Source: Octopus sinensis
Taxonomy: Eukaryota
DNA: 64,000 bases
Reading direction: 5' to 3'
Assembly: GCF_006345805.1 (NCBI RefSeq)
Contig: NC_043000.1
Span: forward strand, 41,974,001-42,038,000
Of this stretch, positions 40,207-53,348 are shown in pieces. The notes below the pieces were generated by a model. The model did no database searches. It was not told the origin of the DNA and saw only the letters and a program-made list of their open reading frames with translations. Position 1 is the stretch's first letter, and every line of letters starts with the position of its first letter. Both the position numbers and the translations under genes were made by a program.

Positions 40207-43200
40207 AAGTTCGTGGACGGCACACTCTAGCTACGCTGCAGATAAACTCAATATTTTTTGGACCTTCAGAACAGTTGTGTGGCTAAAATTGAATAAATTG
40301 TGTACTTGCTTGCGAGAAAATCTATGTATATATGTGCATCTACGAAATCGTGAGACCTTTCTGTTGAAAACGATGTAAATTCAGAATAAGGTAAAAATAA
40401 AATCTCACTACTTTGATGATGTCACAATGAATAATAAAATGACGTCATAAAAGGCGTGATTAAAAACGAAGGAAACGAACAAATCTTTGTTTTTATCATT
40501 TCTAAGAAACAAAAATAGCGTTGGAATACTTGCCTTGCCTTAGACTCTCGGTTCCTTATAGAAAAGCAGAGGCACCGTCGAGACATACGGTATACCATGG
40601 ACATTTTTAAACGTTGGTGCCAAATCCTCCCTGTTCTAGCCAGAGACGACCCCACTTCAAAGTGAGAGAAAAATATCCAGGAAAAGAGAAAGAATATTCA
40701 GTCCCAGTTTAGGACTGATAAGCATCAATCCGAAGAAGAATTGAAAGGAAAGCTGTCGGTATTAGAACTCAAAATGTCAAAATAAATACCGCAAAAATCA
40801 TTCCAGCCGACACTAACAACTTAGTCAATTTGCGGTTATTTGGGGGATAGTAACAGATTCAAGAACAGCAATGAATGAGAAAATAAAGATAGAGACAAAC
40901 TAAATATTGAAATATGGTCTCTTCCGGATTTGGATTCAAGACTGGACCAAGAATACAAGCATGTATTAGTTAAATATGTGTTAGTTAAATATGTGACCGA
41001 ATGATTAAGAAGAACGCTTCGCAGTCACCGTGCCGTGAGTTCGAAGCCACTCGTGGCATCTCAAGCAAGTGTCTTTTGGTTTATCCTCACATCACAGAAA
41101 TAACCTATCGACAATAACGCCTTTTTTCTGAACCTATGCATTATTTTCTATCTTATATTTAATAAGGGGGATCTTTCCCAAAATATTATGTAAGCATTTA
41201 ACAAACTATATAGGATGATGCAATCATTTGTCATTGTTTCATATATGGGCATCGCCTTGCAGATTTTGCCTAAACTTTCACCTACATTACTTACAGGTTT
41301 TCTTTAAAATATATGCAGGGCATTTTAGATATATATTTTAAAACCGAAACGGCCAAACATGCACCCGTGTGGTGTAATTAAAAACACTCTAGTCCTCTAA
41401 ATATCTTAGTCCTTTCTGACTCGTTTCTAAAAATTGCGACATACCTTCGGACCATATGCAGCACACAAGTATACTGGTTAAAGAATGCTAGCCTTTGAGT
41501 AGGTTTTCGAGGAATTTTGCACTTCCTTCTCATATGGGTTAACTCGAAACAATTCCATCGTGCATATAAAATACAATTCCAATCCCCTATTTCTGATTTA
41601 GGCACAAGGTCAACATTTTTTTGTGGAGAGGGAGCAGTCGATTAAACGGACCTCACTACTTGATTAGTCCTTTATTTCACCGGACCCAGAGAGATGAAGG
41701 GTTAACTTGATCTTAGCAGAATTTGAACTCAGATCAGAATATAGCGATCCGGAAGATTTGAACTAAGAACACCGAAGCTCGAAACAAATACCATGGAGTA
41801 GTCTGAGGAACATTCTTACGATTCTATCAATTCACAGCGGCAGTAAAGAGCATATTACTGCTCTGGTTTGCCGTCATTGTCAAAATTTTCCTCGGCAATT
41901 CGATCTACTCTCGTGTATCACGTTGCGAAGCATTTATTAGTCATACAGCAGTGTTGAACGTGCTTATTCACTGACGGTAAATGTCATACAGAAGTGTTGA
42001 ATATACTTCTATGTGCAGTATATAGTTTGTCCTTTTCAATCTGATGCTTCAAACAAAAGTGCGACAAAGGGTTTCTTAATACTTCTGGGATGCTTTCATT
42101 TTGAGAAGCGTGTGCAACATGTGTTACTTAACATTTACGGTAATAACAATGAACCATGATAAGATGTAAGAAATCGGCGCACTAAATAGAGACGTCAGGT
42201 CTGCATTTGAATAGTCTGCACACATTGCTGTGAGTGCAAGTGTAAACTATGGAAATCACAAATGTCGTAAACAAAAACTGGAAATGACTGAAAAAACCCA
42301 CTAACAAACAAATAAGGAAAAAAACAACATTCCTGCAAATCTTTTTAGTTTGTTTTGAACAATGCAACACAGAAACTGCCCCAAGGAAACTGAAACTTGC
42401 TATGGAAAATATTCTTTTCAAAGTAAACAACAATTTTAGTTTCCCGGGCGAAAGAACAACGCAAATAAAGGGATTTTGTGAACATATTTATGCTGATAAG
42501 TAGTGTGTTACGCCATTTTCTGGGTGCATGGTCCCCTTCTATTCTTACCCCCCCTCTCTCTGGGCGTCTGTTAACAAGAGGATCCTAACATGTTATTTCC
42601 AGAGTTTAGGTGTGGATGAATGCTTCAAAACAGTTGAAGAGCTTTAGAGACAAAGAAATGCCTAAAATTGTTGTCATAAGTTAAGCTATTCTGCAAAATA
42701 ACAGTATTTAAGCTAATGGCTGAATTGAAAAGTAAGCATGAGAAAAAAATAAACATTTTTATTTGTTGATCTTACAGCAAGCACTGAGTATAACCAGCGT
42801 ACATCTGATGTATTTCGGAAATGTGAAATGAGCTTCATTTTTTGAGTGAAAGCATCATAAGTATTTCTCAGCGATGCGTGTGAACTGCCACAAAAAATAC
42901 TTTCATAAGAAATCTAAGGTAAGTCGAACTTAGCTTAACAACTGCTATATGTTTTGGAGAATTCTGTGATGCAGTCAAGGCCTAACATTCGAGATACGGA
43001 TGGCTTATATGGAAAGTGTGAGGTAGTAGAGACAATTATCCGTATTCTGAGAGTTAGACAGCTAAAGATGATCACACTGAATTAGAGGTCGCTTTTACAA
43101 ATCTGGAGAACTTGGGTATTTATATTTTCTACGTAACAATGCTCACACAGAAAGAAAAGAAATCGTTAACAGGTGACCATAGTCAAAGTAGAGCTCCAAA

Positions 43201-43356
43201 CATCTATCAACTTCTCAGAAGAGTACTCAGCCATATACAAAAATTTTTTTGTAGATGGTAAGTAAAGAGCAGATATACAGATATAAAAAATAATTGGTGT
43301 AATATAAATATATATATATATATATATATGTGTAAAAATATACAAACTGGGACAAG

Positions 43357-43442
<86 letters not shown>

Positions 43443-43629
43443 AAAAAAATACAAACTGGGACAAGAACATATATATATATATATGCATGCATGCGATGAT
43501 TTGTCGATTTTACAATTCTGTAAATAATAATAGTATTGTATAAGCTTAAGTCAATTCATGGTGATCGCTTATAACCTTTAAGCTTATGAAATGTTATTAG
43601 TATATACATATACATACATACATACCTAT

Positions 43630-43667
<38 letters not shown>

Positions 43668-44834
43668 TATGTGTATATATACATACATATATGTACATGC
43701 CTACATACATATGTATATATACATGCATATATGGGTGCAGGACGTAAAAAAAAAACATGAATGACATGAAAAACAAAAATATGGAAAAACGAACTTTTTT
43801 CGAACAACGAAAGAAACAAAGAAACGAGACAGGCAATATAAAACACAATCCCTTCATCAGTTGTCCCCTGTTTTATCTACACCGCATTTCGAACGTCAGG
43901 ACAAGATGCGTCTTCGTCAAAAAAGTCCTTCCCGCAAAGCAAATTAAATATGATTTGGGATTGGCGGAGGGTTAAAATGATAACAAAAACAGGAGAGTAA
44001 AAACAAAGGGTGAGGGCTGATATATGTACATACATATATACATACGTACTCTTTCCGATCTAAGCTACTTCATTTTCTTGGGTTGTATCATCACTCCGGA
44101 CACTTTATATGAACTTGTGGACAATCACTTTCTCTAGACATTTTACTAATTTAATGAGCGCTTTGTGATTTTCTTGAATTGTTCGTCGTCATTATGGAGT
44201 TCGACCTTCATAATTTTTATTCATTTTCATATTTTAGCTTAAAACTCCCTCCTTTGTTTTGTCACTGCATATCTGAAAACAACACTTTCCATCTCCTACT
44301 TGCTTTTGTGTAAACGCTTGCGCACAACATTACAATTTACCACCTTGCTATTGCCATTATATGATTTTCATTAGCGTGATTATTCCCACACACTAGCACA
44401 CGCTCTCACATCCTCATATACACGCTTTCATAATACCCAGCTAATAATTACACACACGCCAACATCCCCCGCCTCCACAAACTAACGTCACCGACTTTTG
44501 CACTTGCTGGAATCTATACACGTGCATACACTATACTAATACACACACACACACACCACTCGCCCTTATGCCTGCTTTTAGACACAGATATACACTACTA
44601 GCACATGCACCAACAAACGTCTGTTTGTTCATAAAGCTACCCGTAGAAAGAACTGGATTCTTCCTGGTTTTTAACAGTTCATTTTCCTCCCATGTTCTTC
44701 AAACCCCTTCTTCTCTTTTATACACACACTAATTCTCTTTCTTATTCTCCCAATGTATCTCTTTCTGATGAAGGAGTTACGTCAGAAACGTTAAAGCACT
44801 CTTTCTCTTCATTGAAGCGTTAAACTTATAACCA

Positions 44835-45211
44835 TACTAGCAGTATCGCCCGGCGTTGCCCGGGTTTGTTTCGACCCTTTAGAATTGGAATTTTTGAAAA
44901 GTAAAAATTTTGCATTATGTAGCTTGTTATTCTGTTTAAGTGAACATTTTTCTGGTTGAAATACACCGAAAAATGGTGACACAGCAGTCAAAAAAATCGT
45001 AAAAAATAGGGATTTTCATAGAAAAAAAGCACCTTTTTGATGTAAATAATTTTTGGTGTTAACATGGTCCGATTTGAATTTTTTTCAAGCCTTCTATCAT
45101 GCTCTCAATTTTGGTCAACTTGCGCCGCAGGGTCTCGGAGGAGATAGTGTTAGTTGAAAGGCTACCAAACCTGCCATACACAGACAACTTCAGCTTTATA
45201 TATAGAGAGAT
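44835..45211 (+). mobile_element. Helentron-associated (HINE/DINE-1-like) element, CpG-intact
   Basis: tactagcagtatcgcccggcgttgcccggg ... acagacaacttcagctttatatatagagagat. Confidence 0.7.
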
Positions 45212-47469
45212 TTGTCAATCTTTGCTCTTTTTGTGTTGTCTTTTACGTCACACACACACACACATATTGTAACATATGATCTCGTATACAATATCTGGCC
45301 TTTTGGAAATTTGGAAATATCCACCCTACAAAAGACCCTTTCTGTCTCTTTTACTACTTTACTGTCTCTACTTCTGTTACCTACAACATTTATGCTGATT
45401 CATGTAAGCATAATCCTATTTGCACAATGTTCCACTCCTATGCTAGAAGTAAAAGCAAATCGCTTACTAGTTTTTGTAAGGCTGGTCGCCTTTTAACCAA
45501 ACGCGTACCTTGTTCCCTACAGCTTTCTTCAGTGTGTGCCCAGTTGTAAAAGTGATCATTTCACTCAGTTGTAATTCAGTGGTAATTAGGGTGTTTGAAG
45601 TTGCTGTTACTGTTGTCATTGTGTAGCCCAGATCAACCTTGACCAAACAAATCTTTGATGGAAGGCATTCCAGTTTCGTTTCTCTTATATACCATACCTG
45701 CATTGATGTAAATGTGCAATAATTAACACTGGTTAAGATTTTCAGTGTAAACCATTGACAATGACAAAACTGAATACAGCAAACCGTTTAGTTTAGTGCT
45801 TTTCACTTTCAACTTCTTTGCATTGCTCTGGGTGGATATTCCTCTTCAAAATAAGACTCTCCTGTCGTCTAGGTTTGGGTTTATTTTCAAGTTCCATGAC
45901 TCAATGTATTAGAACGTAAACATGATCGTTTTATTTAGGATTTCACTTCTCATTGATGTCTTTCCAAAACCAGCCTCACAGTGTGCCATCTCAGGGAAGT
46001 GTCTACAGCCTGTGGTTAACTTATATCTTGTGAAATTAGTTAAAAGATAACTTGATTGATCACTCAATTCAAAACCACATTTGGCCCCTTGGCTGCCTTT
46101 AATAGAGTCCACTTTATCATAGGAATTTAGACCAAGTCTAGTTTAAGGTTATCTTCATTTTTGAGACACTAATTTCTATTTCTGTAGCAAATCTCTGAAA
46201 AAAGTTCATTGGAGTTTCTGCTCCTTACCATACTAAATCCTCTCCTCACTCCAAAAAAGAAAAGAAAAAAAAACTGAAAAGACACATATCTGTAGCTAGT
46301 GACTTTTGGTATGACTTGAATTTGGACTAACCACTATAAACAAGTGAAGCACTCAGCAGCTATATGGTTACTTGACTTGCTAGGCAATAACAAACAAATT
46401 TTCATTAACTCACATTGTACTATCTTGAAAGAGAACATCTTGGAGGATGTATTCTTGGATTCCCTGTACATAGGAAAAGGAGGTGGTCACGGTTGGAATT
46501 CCTTTACTCATACATAGGTTTGATTGATCAGAATTGACTAGAAATCAAAAAGAACAATAATAGTAACAACAACTGGACTCAAATGCTGCTAGATTGGCAG
46601 ACTCGGTAGAGCAAAGGACAAAATACCTTGTAATATTTTAGGTACATCCCTTTATATTTAGAGTTCAAACCCCATCAAAGGACTTTGTGTTTTATCATTC
46701 CTGAATTAACAAAATAACTTACCGGTCATGTACTGGGGACCCCAGAACCAACTAAGCATTCCCTTAAAATATGTGTCCTTGCACTTATATAAGAAACCTT
46801 TCATCTTTCAAGCATTGCCATCTATCCCTCATGGGTACAAATACTATGCACAAGTAAGTATAATTAGGTAACAAATACTATGTTTTCATTTATTGCTGTA
46901 GGTGCTTATATAGTCTCAAGTGGATATAGACATCCTCTTGGTTCTACTATCCTTGATCCAGCAGAACATTGAGAATACAATGTGACATTTAGATGTGGAA
47001 AAGGTTTCATCAGTACCCAAGTAATATTCACTTTCAGCTCAGTAGACTGGAGCAATATAAAATGAAGTTGCTTACCCCCAAGGACACAATATGTGCACCT
47101 GGTTGAAGAAAGGAACCTACTATAGGGCCATGTGCCTTAATAATTCTTTCAAATTTTGACACAGTAATTTTAGTGATATGAGGGAAAGTCAATTACATCG
47201 ATCTCAGTAATTGACTAGTACTTTATTTTATTGACCCAGAAAGGATATGTGTATATACACACCAAAGAAAGACTGAATTGACTGAAGGAGATATGTGGGA
47301 TGGAAGAGTCACTAAAGAGGTCACAAGTGTGTGACAAAGGATTTCCAGACAATGGACATAAGATAAAAAATAAGAACAATAATAAATGAGTGAAGAATGA
47401 ATATATAATGCATGTGGTTATTTAGCAATTTTGTTTTTAAATGACCATCCTGAAATATAACAATATATA

Positions 47470-47815
47470 TATAAATATATATAATACAAAATGGGACAAG
47501 AACGCAAAACATCTGGACAACTAGGTGATACAAAAAGGGACAACAAAACATTCAGATAGATGATACAAAAAAACAAGGACAGGTTATTCAAAGCTTTCTA
47601 TCCTCAATCAAGAACCAGATCATCCTTGCAATTTGGCTGATTAATCTTGAGATTGCTCCAATCTGGCCAGCCCCAAGGAAAAACTAAGCTAAGAGCTTTA
47701 GATTCCTTGGAAGAAAGCATCGAATGTATACGAAAACAAGGATGGAAAAACAGACAATGTTACACAAATATAAATACAATATAAATACAATAAAAGTAAT
47801 GAAAACATATATATA
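47470..47815. repeat. (TA)n-flanked dispersed element; its terminus (acaaa.tgggacaagaac) recurs twice at 43329-43470
   Basis: Shared terminal motif and (TA)n on both sides. Confidence 0.5.
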
Positions 47816-48014
47816 TATAAAGCGTTAGAGACTGGTAAAGTTGACCTTGGCAAGATTTGAACTTAGAACATAAAGAGCTGGAAGGAATACTGCTAAGCAA
47901 TTATTCCTAAACACTAATGATTCTGTCAGGTCACCACCTTCATCACAACTTTATAATATAAAAAGAAAAAAGAAAATGAACAAGAAAAGAAAGGTTCAAA
48001 TTTGGCAAAAACTA

Positions 48015-48020
48015 TTTATT
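48015..48020 (-). terminator. polyadenylation signal AATAAA of CFAP47
   Basis: Forward tttatt, 43 nt past the stop codon, followed on the minus strand by U-rich sequence. Confidence 0.6.
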
Positions 48021-48062
48021 TAAGGAGCCTCAAATTAAGCCAAGTAAAGATGAAATATGTAA

Positions 48063-48290
48063 TCAAAACATATCAGATCCCAGTGGACGTTTAATAATGG
48101 GAGCCCCTTTGATAGGAGATGACACAGCAGTTCGAGTGAGCTGACAGTTCTCAAGTACAAAATCTCTGAAAGGACCTTTTAACTGTGGCAAGGGATGAGG
48201 TCTTGCAATAGGTGGCTTTGATTTTCCCCTTGGGGGTTCGTATTTTGCTAGGTAAGCCCAGATGTCGTAGGTCCACTGCATTGAATCCGT
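48063..48290 (-). CDS. CFAP47: CFAP47 terminal coding exon
   Basis: Acceptor tttccag|ACG. Translates TDSMQWTYDIWAYLAKYEPPRGKSKPPIARPHPLPQLKGPFRDFVLENCQLTRTAVSSPIKGAPIIKRPLGSDMF*, resembling the human CFAP47 C-terminus as recalled (NFVRENTKLIRTGVSSTIKGAPLVK). 228 nt, phase 0. Confidence 0.9.
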   Translation of the reverse strand, partial: TDSMQWTYDIWAYLAKYEPPRGKSKPPIARPHPLPQLKGPFRDFVLENCQLTRTAVSSPIKGAPIIKRPLGSDMF

Positions 48291-48562
48291 CTGGAAATGT
48301 AAACAAACAGATAGTAATTTACAGATTTATGTGTATGTGTGTTGTGTAAACAATGATTGGTCTATGTAAGCATTGAAAAGTGGATATTAAAATGATGATA
48401 ATGGTGATGATACATATGTTATCATTATAAATATTTATACAGGGTTGGACAAAATAATGGAAACACCTAGCAAATGAATGCAAGTATGTATGTATGCATG
48501 CATGTATATATGCCTTCAACTACAATCAACACGAATGAAATTCTTGACACTTATTAGTTTAC

Positions 48563-48731
48563 CTGAACCATTAAGGTAGCAAAGTTCTCTTGGCCATAGG
48601 CAATTGGAGTAAACAAAACATTTAATTCAACCCCACGCTCACCAACAACAGGAAGTACACCAAATTTAGGTGTCACTACAATTTCAGGGTCACTGTCAGA
48701 AGTCATCTGTACTTGGAATTCTTTTGGAACT
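48563..48731 (-). CDS. CFAP47: CFAP47 penultimate exon
   Basis: cattccag|A...CAG|gtaaac; 169 nt (1 nt + 56 codons): VPKEFQVQMTSDSDPEIVVTPKFGVLPVVGERGVELNVLFTPIAYGQENFATLMVQ. Phases match both neighbours; resembles human FLPGSDLEFFVKPQAGELLP...ATLVIQ (recalled). Confidence 0.9.
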
Positions 48732-48869
48732 CTGGAATGATAGAAAATAAAACAATTATTTAAGTAGTTCCTAACTAAAAGACATTATTTAGACCTTATT
48801 CTTTGATCATCCCTGCACTGTCAGATCTATGTTTGAAGATATTTTGACGATGGATATATATATTTTTTT

Positions 48870-49075
48870 TACTTGTTTCAGACTGTGGTCATGCTTGGAA
48901 GACATTTCAGTCAAATGAATCGATCTCAGTATTTATATATATATATATATTTTAAGCCTAGTATTTATTCTATCAGCCTCTTTTGGCAAATTGGTAAGTT
49001 ATGGAGATGTAAACAAACCTACACCATTCGCCAAATGATAGCTGAGGACAAACACAGACACAAAGACACACATAG

Positions 49076-49113
<38 letters not shown>

Positions 49114-49574
49114 AGTTTCTTTTCAGTTTCCCTCTACCAAATCTACTCACAAGGCTTTGGTCAGCCCAAGTCTATAGTAGAACACAGTTGCCCAAGGTTC
49201 TGTGCAGTAGGACTGAACTCAGAACCATGTGGTTCATGTATGTATACATGTCTTTTTCTGCAGATATCATACTACATTATCCAGAGTACACTTTCTTCCA
49301 TTAAAAAAAAATAATGGTATAATTTGAGTTAAGACTTGGCTACTATTTTGAACTGGTCTAGCAACAGCACAGTGTTTCTTTTAGATTATCTTTAACTTAT
49401 ATCTGTTTCAGTCATTAGACTGTGGCCATGCTGGGGCACTATAAATCCTGGTACTTATTTTTTTTTGTTTTTAAAGCCTGGTACTTATTCTTTTAGTCTC
49501 ATTTTGCTGAACCACTAAGTTACAGGGATGTAAACACACCAATGCCGGCTGTCAAATTGTGGTGGGAGACAAAG

Positions 49575-49621
<47 letters not shown>

Positions 49622-50096
49622 ATATATATATGATGAGTTTCTTTTCAGTTTCCCTCTACCAAATCTACTCACAAGGCTTTGGTCAGCCCAAGTCTATAGT
49701 AGAACACAGTTGCCCAAGGTTCTGTGCAGTAGGACTGAACTCAGAACCATGTGGTTCATGTATGTATACATGTCTTTTTCTGCAGATATCATACTACATT
49801 ATCCAGAGTACACTTTCTTCCATTAAAAAAAAATAATGGTATAATTTGAGTTAAGACTTGGCTACTATTTTGAACTGGTCTAGCAACAGCACAGTGTTTC
49901 TTTTAGATTATCTTTAACTTATATCTGTTTCAGTCATTAGACTGTGGCCATGCTGGGGCACTATAAATCCTGGTACTTATTTTTTTTTGTTTTTAAAGCC
50001 TGGTACTTATTCTTTTAGTCTCATTTTGCTGAACCACTAAGTTACAGGGATGTAAACACACCAATGCCGGCTGTCAAATTGTGGTGGGAGACAAAG

Positions 50097-50157
<61 letters not shown>

Positions 50158-50325
50158 TATATAAATATGGTGGGCTTCTTTCAGTTTCCATCCACCAAAC
50201 CAATTTACAAGGCTTTAGTCAGCCTATAACTATAGTAGAAAACACTGGCCCAAGGTGCCATGTAGTGGGACTGAACCTGGAACCATGTGGTTAGGAAGCA
50301 AACTTCTTACCTCACAGCCATGTTT
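48870..50325 (-). repeat. decayed SINE family B copies with a 522-bp tandem duplication (49110-49631 / 49632-about 50150)
   Basis: The unique sequence of the two units appears identical on reading, at offset 522. Confidence 0.9.
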
Positions 50326-50929
50326 GCATGATAAGATAACATATGTTACGGATGTTCATAATTATTATAATATATTTTATGTAAATTGACATTGCACTAT
50401 GGTTACTGGACTGTAAGATCGAATGATCAAGATCTTAAATCTTAGTATAGCCATTGTGTTGTACCTAATATCAAAGTATAAACTCTACTTATTTCATTTT
50501 GTTTCATGAAAAACATACAATAGATTCTACTTCCTAGTTTACAGTTGAATTGTTACCATTAAGAAGGGCATCTAATTGTAAGCATAATTTCTAAAGATAG
50601 ATTCCCTATGGCTATAGGACCTACTAAAAACAGCAGTCCAATTCCCTCACAATTACATTTGCACAATCTAAGAGAAAGATTATGGAAATAGCCTCTCAGC
50701 ACCTAATAAAGCAACGGATTGACTGGTGTAGCCTTTTAGTGGCATCAATGCAATAATCATCAGGATCTGCCAAAATGGATAAAAACCAGGACAAAAATAA
50801 ATAAGAGCACAAACCTCCATCAAGGCAACACCAACGTCTTCTCAACGATTAGCCAGAGAGGATTTTTAAAATGAGAATATCTGAAATAAACTTGACTGCT
50901 CTCATAAATTAGAATACTTAAAATGAATC

Positions 50930-51158
50930 TGACTGCTCTCAAAAATTAAGTAAAAAAAAAACAGGAAAAATAATCCCGATTCCTTGTCTGGTATCAGATT
51001 GATCCCAAAATCTAAGCAGTTTGTGCCAGTCATGAGGCCAAACATCCCTGAAAGTTTCATCTGAATCCATCCAGTAGTTCTTGAGATATCTTGTCCACAG
51101 ACAAACAAACAAACATGACTGAAAACAATACCTCCACCTTCACTGAAGTAGAGATAAT
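50930..51158 (+). mobile_element. Helitron/Helentron-like non-autonomous 3' end
   Basis: aagtttcatctgaatccatccagtagttcttgagatatc...acagacaaacaaacaaac...acctccaccttcactgaagtagagataat (terminal hairpin-like). Confidence 0.5.
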
Positions 51159-51679
51159 AAATAACAAGCAGAGGCTACATTGTAAAACTCATGCATGTTT
51201 AATTAATTTGTACTTCTCACAGGAAATATAACCAACGTGGTGTGAAAAACATCTAGTAAAGCTCATCAAAGAAAACCCATGTCATTCTCTTTCTTCTCAT
51301 TTAGATGCTGCTGCCCAAACTAAAGACAAACACTAGTTCACTATCCCTAGATCAACTCTGATAAAAGCATTTCAGTTACAGCCATGTTCTCTTTTGTTGA
51401 GACATAGTGTATCAAGGAGTACATTAGCTTAGTGTCCTTCATTTTTCTTTTTGTTTGTAATAAGGTACAATTTAATTTAAGGGAGATTTAGTTGCAATTT
51501 TTAGCAATTCGAGTAACTATGCAAACGCCCTCTTCCCTCATTAGCCTACCCTGTGAATTGTAGGGGGTCGTTGAGAAGAGAAACTGAAATGGAACAGAAG
51601 AGACAGATAGACAAAGCCTAAGACAAACAAACAATAACAAATTTAAAAACTAAAATAAATTGAAAACAATGCTACTTAC

Positions 51680-51841
51680 TTTTCATTGCTGTGGAGATAA
51701 AAACGAGCCACAGACTTCTCCTTCAGTTTCAGAGATTTGATAACTATAGTGTCATCAATGACGGGGTTATCAGCAATAAAAGTGAGAGGGAAACGCCAAA
51801 CACACCCATTCTTCTTAGTGATTGCAAGGTGAGTAACATTT
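51680..51841 (-). CDS. CFAP47: CFAP47 internal exon
   Basis: attgaacag|A...AA|gtaagt; 162 nt: NVTHLAITKKNGCVWRFPLTFIADNPVIDDTIVIKSLKLKEKSVARFYLHSNE. Phase 2 to phase 2, consistent with neighbours. Confidence 0.88.
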
Positions 51842-52512
51842 CTGTTCAATATAGCAGTGTTAAAAAAAAAAAAAAAAAAGCAGAAATTATATTATAGGAT
51901 AGTTTTCAATTTACAATTTGTAATGTATAGAATAAATAGAAATTTTAAAAACATTGTAAAGTGCCAAAAAAAAAAAGGAGTATTAAATGTGTATATTCTG
52001 TACATCTTCTTTACTCCTTGATTTAAATTTCTAACATCCAAATTTGCTTCTTCTTAACTTAATCTAGAAATGATTGTCTCTATTATTATAGCTGACCATT
52101 ATACATAAACTAATGCTTTCTTGATATTTGTTGACAACTTCCAAGAACCAATTGGAAGTTATAACAAATATCACCTTTAATCTGATCATTACACACACAC
52201 ACACACATGCATGCGCACATACTTCACATGTGCTTTAATGCACATGTTACCATATGGCTTATCCAAACCATATAAGAATGCCATATTTTGATATTGCACA
52301 CCTAAAGCTGTGTATATTTAGATTGTAATAGAAGATCCTCATAAAACTGAAGTGATTACAAGAACAAATTATTCATATTCCGAATCCGTCATTAAAATTA
52401 TTTCAATGATCTCAATAGGATTGTTTATACAAAAGCAGCTGTCATCTTCCACATGCATCACATGCCCATACCAGCATAGTTTTTTTCTCTTGCATACATC
52501 ATCTGATGTCTC

Positions 52513-52731
52513 TTAACCCTTTAGCATTCAGATTACTCTATCAAATTCAATACATATTCATTTGAATTAATCATGCTTTATTTCATAGCTTTGAGATTTC
52601 AGTGATGCAATTGCTTATGAATTGAATGACATAATTAGGTATAAATGGGAAAACGGATTTGGCTGATTTGAACATAAAACAGGTAGAAAATTTGGGGCTG
52701 GATATGGCTGGTTCAAATGCTTATGGGTCAA
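52513..52731. mobile_element. piggyBac-like MITE (TTAA-CCCTTTAGCATT termini)
   Basis: ttaaccctttagcattc ... aatgcttatgggtcaa; related copies at 56792-57003 and 63412-63638. Confidence 0.7.
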
Positions 52732-53009
52732 CTACAGTTTTGCTTTCAGCTCATTTGCCCTTTGTTGTTCATTCATACTGAAATTGCATGTTCAGTAAAA
52801 CATGCTTGCTTCTTCATTTCTTTCTTGTCTTCACAAGTTCTTTATATTCTGGTTCATGTCCCACCATCATGTAGCATTAAAGTTTGTATACAAGTATCAC
52901 CATACAATCTTCTTTACATTCTGAGAGAGAAACACTTTGTTATCACCTTTGCCATCAGAGGTAATAGCTCCCTCAACTCTTATTAATAGCAACTTTATTC
53001 TCTTCTGCT

Positions 53010-53348
53010 GTGAAGGTGCATGGCTCAGTGGTTAGAGCGTCAAGCTTATGATTGTGAGATTGTGAGTTTGATTCCTGGACCGGGCTGCGTGTTGTGTTCT
53101 TGAGCAAGACACTTTATTTCACGTTGCTTCATTTAACTCAGCTGTAGAAATGAGTTGCGACATTATTGGTGCCAAGCTGTATTAGCCTTTGCCTTTCCCT
53201 TGTATAACATAAGTGGTGTGGAGAGAGGAGGGTAGTATGCATGGGCGACTGTTGGCCTTCCATAAACAACCTTGCCTGGACTTGTGCCTTGGAGGGTAGC
53301 TTTCTAGGTGCAATCCCATGGTCATTCATGACCGAAGGGGTCTCCTCC
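53010..53348 (+). mobile_element. SINE family C with 11-bp TSD tctcttctgct
   Basis: TSD at 52999-53009 and 53349-53359. Confidence 0.9.

Noticed and set aside
43830-43930. CTGATGA and TTGACGA...GAAA hammerhead-like words (minus), also a weak one near 47590-47620
   Set aside because: Stems I, II and III cannot be formed consistently.
50700-50790. Minus-strand exon-like segment (DPDDYCIDATKR...)
   Set aside because: Not needed for the CFAP47 frame (51680 joins 48731 in phase), does not resemble CFAP47, and has a weak donor.
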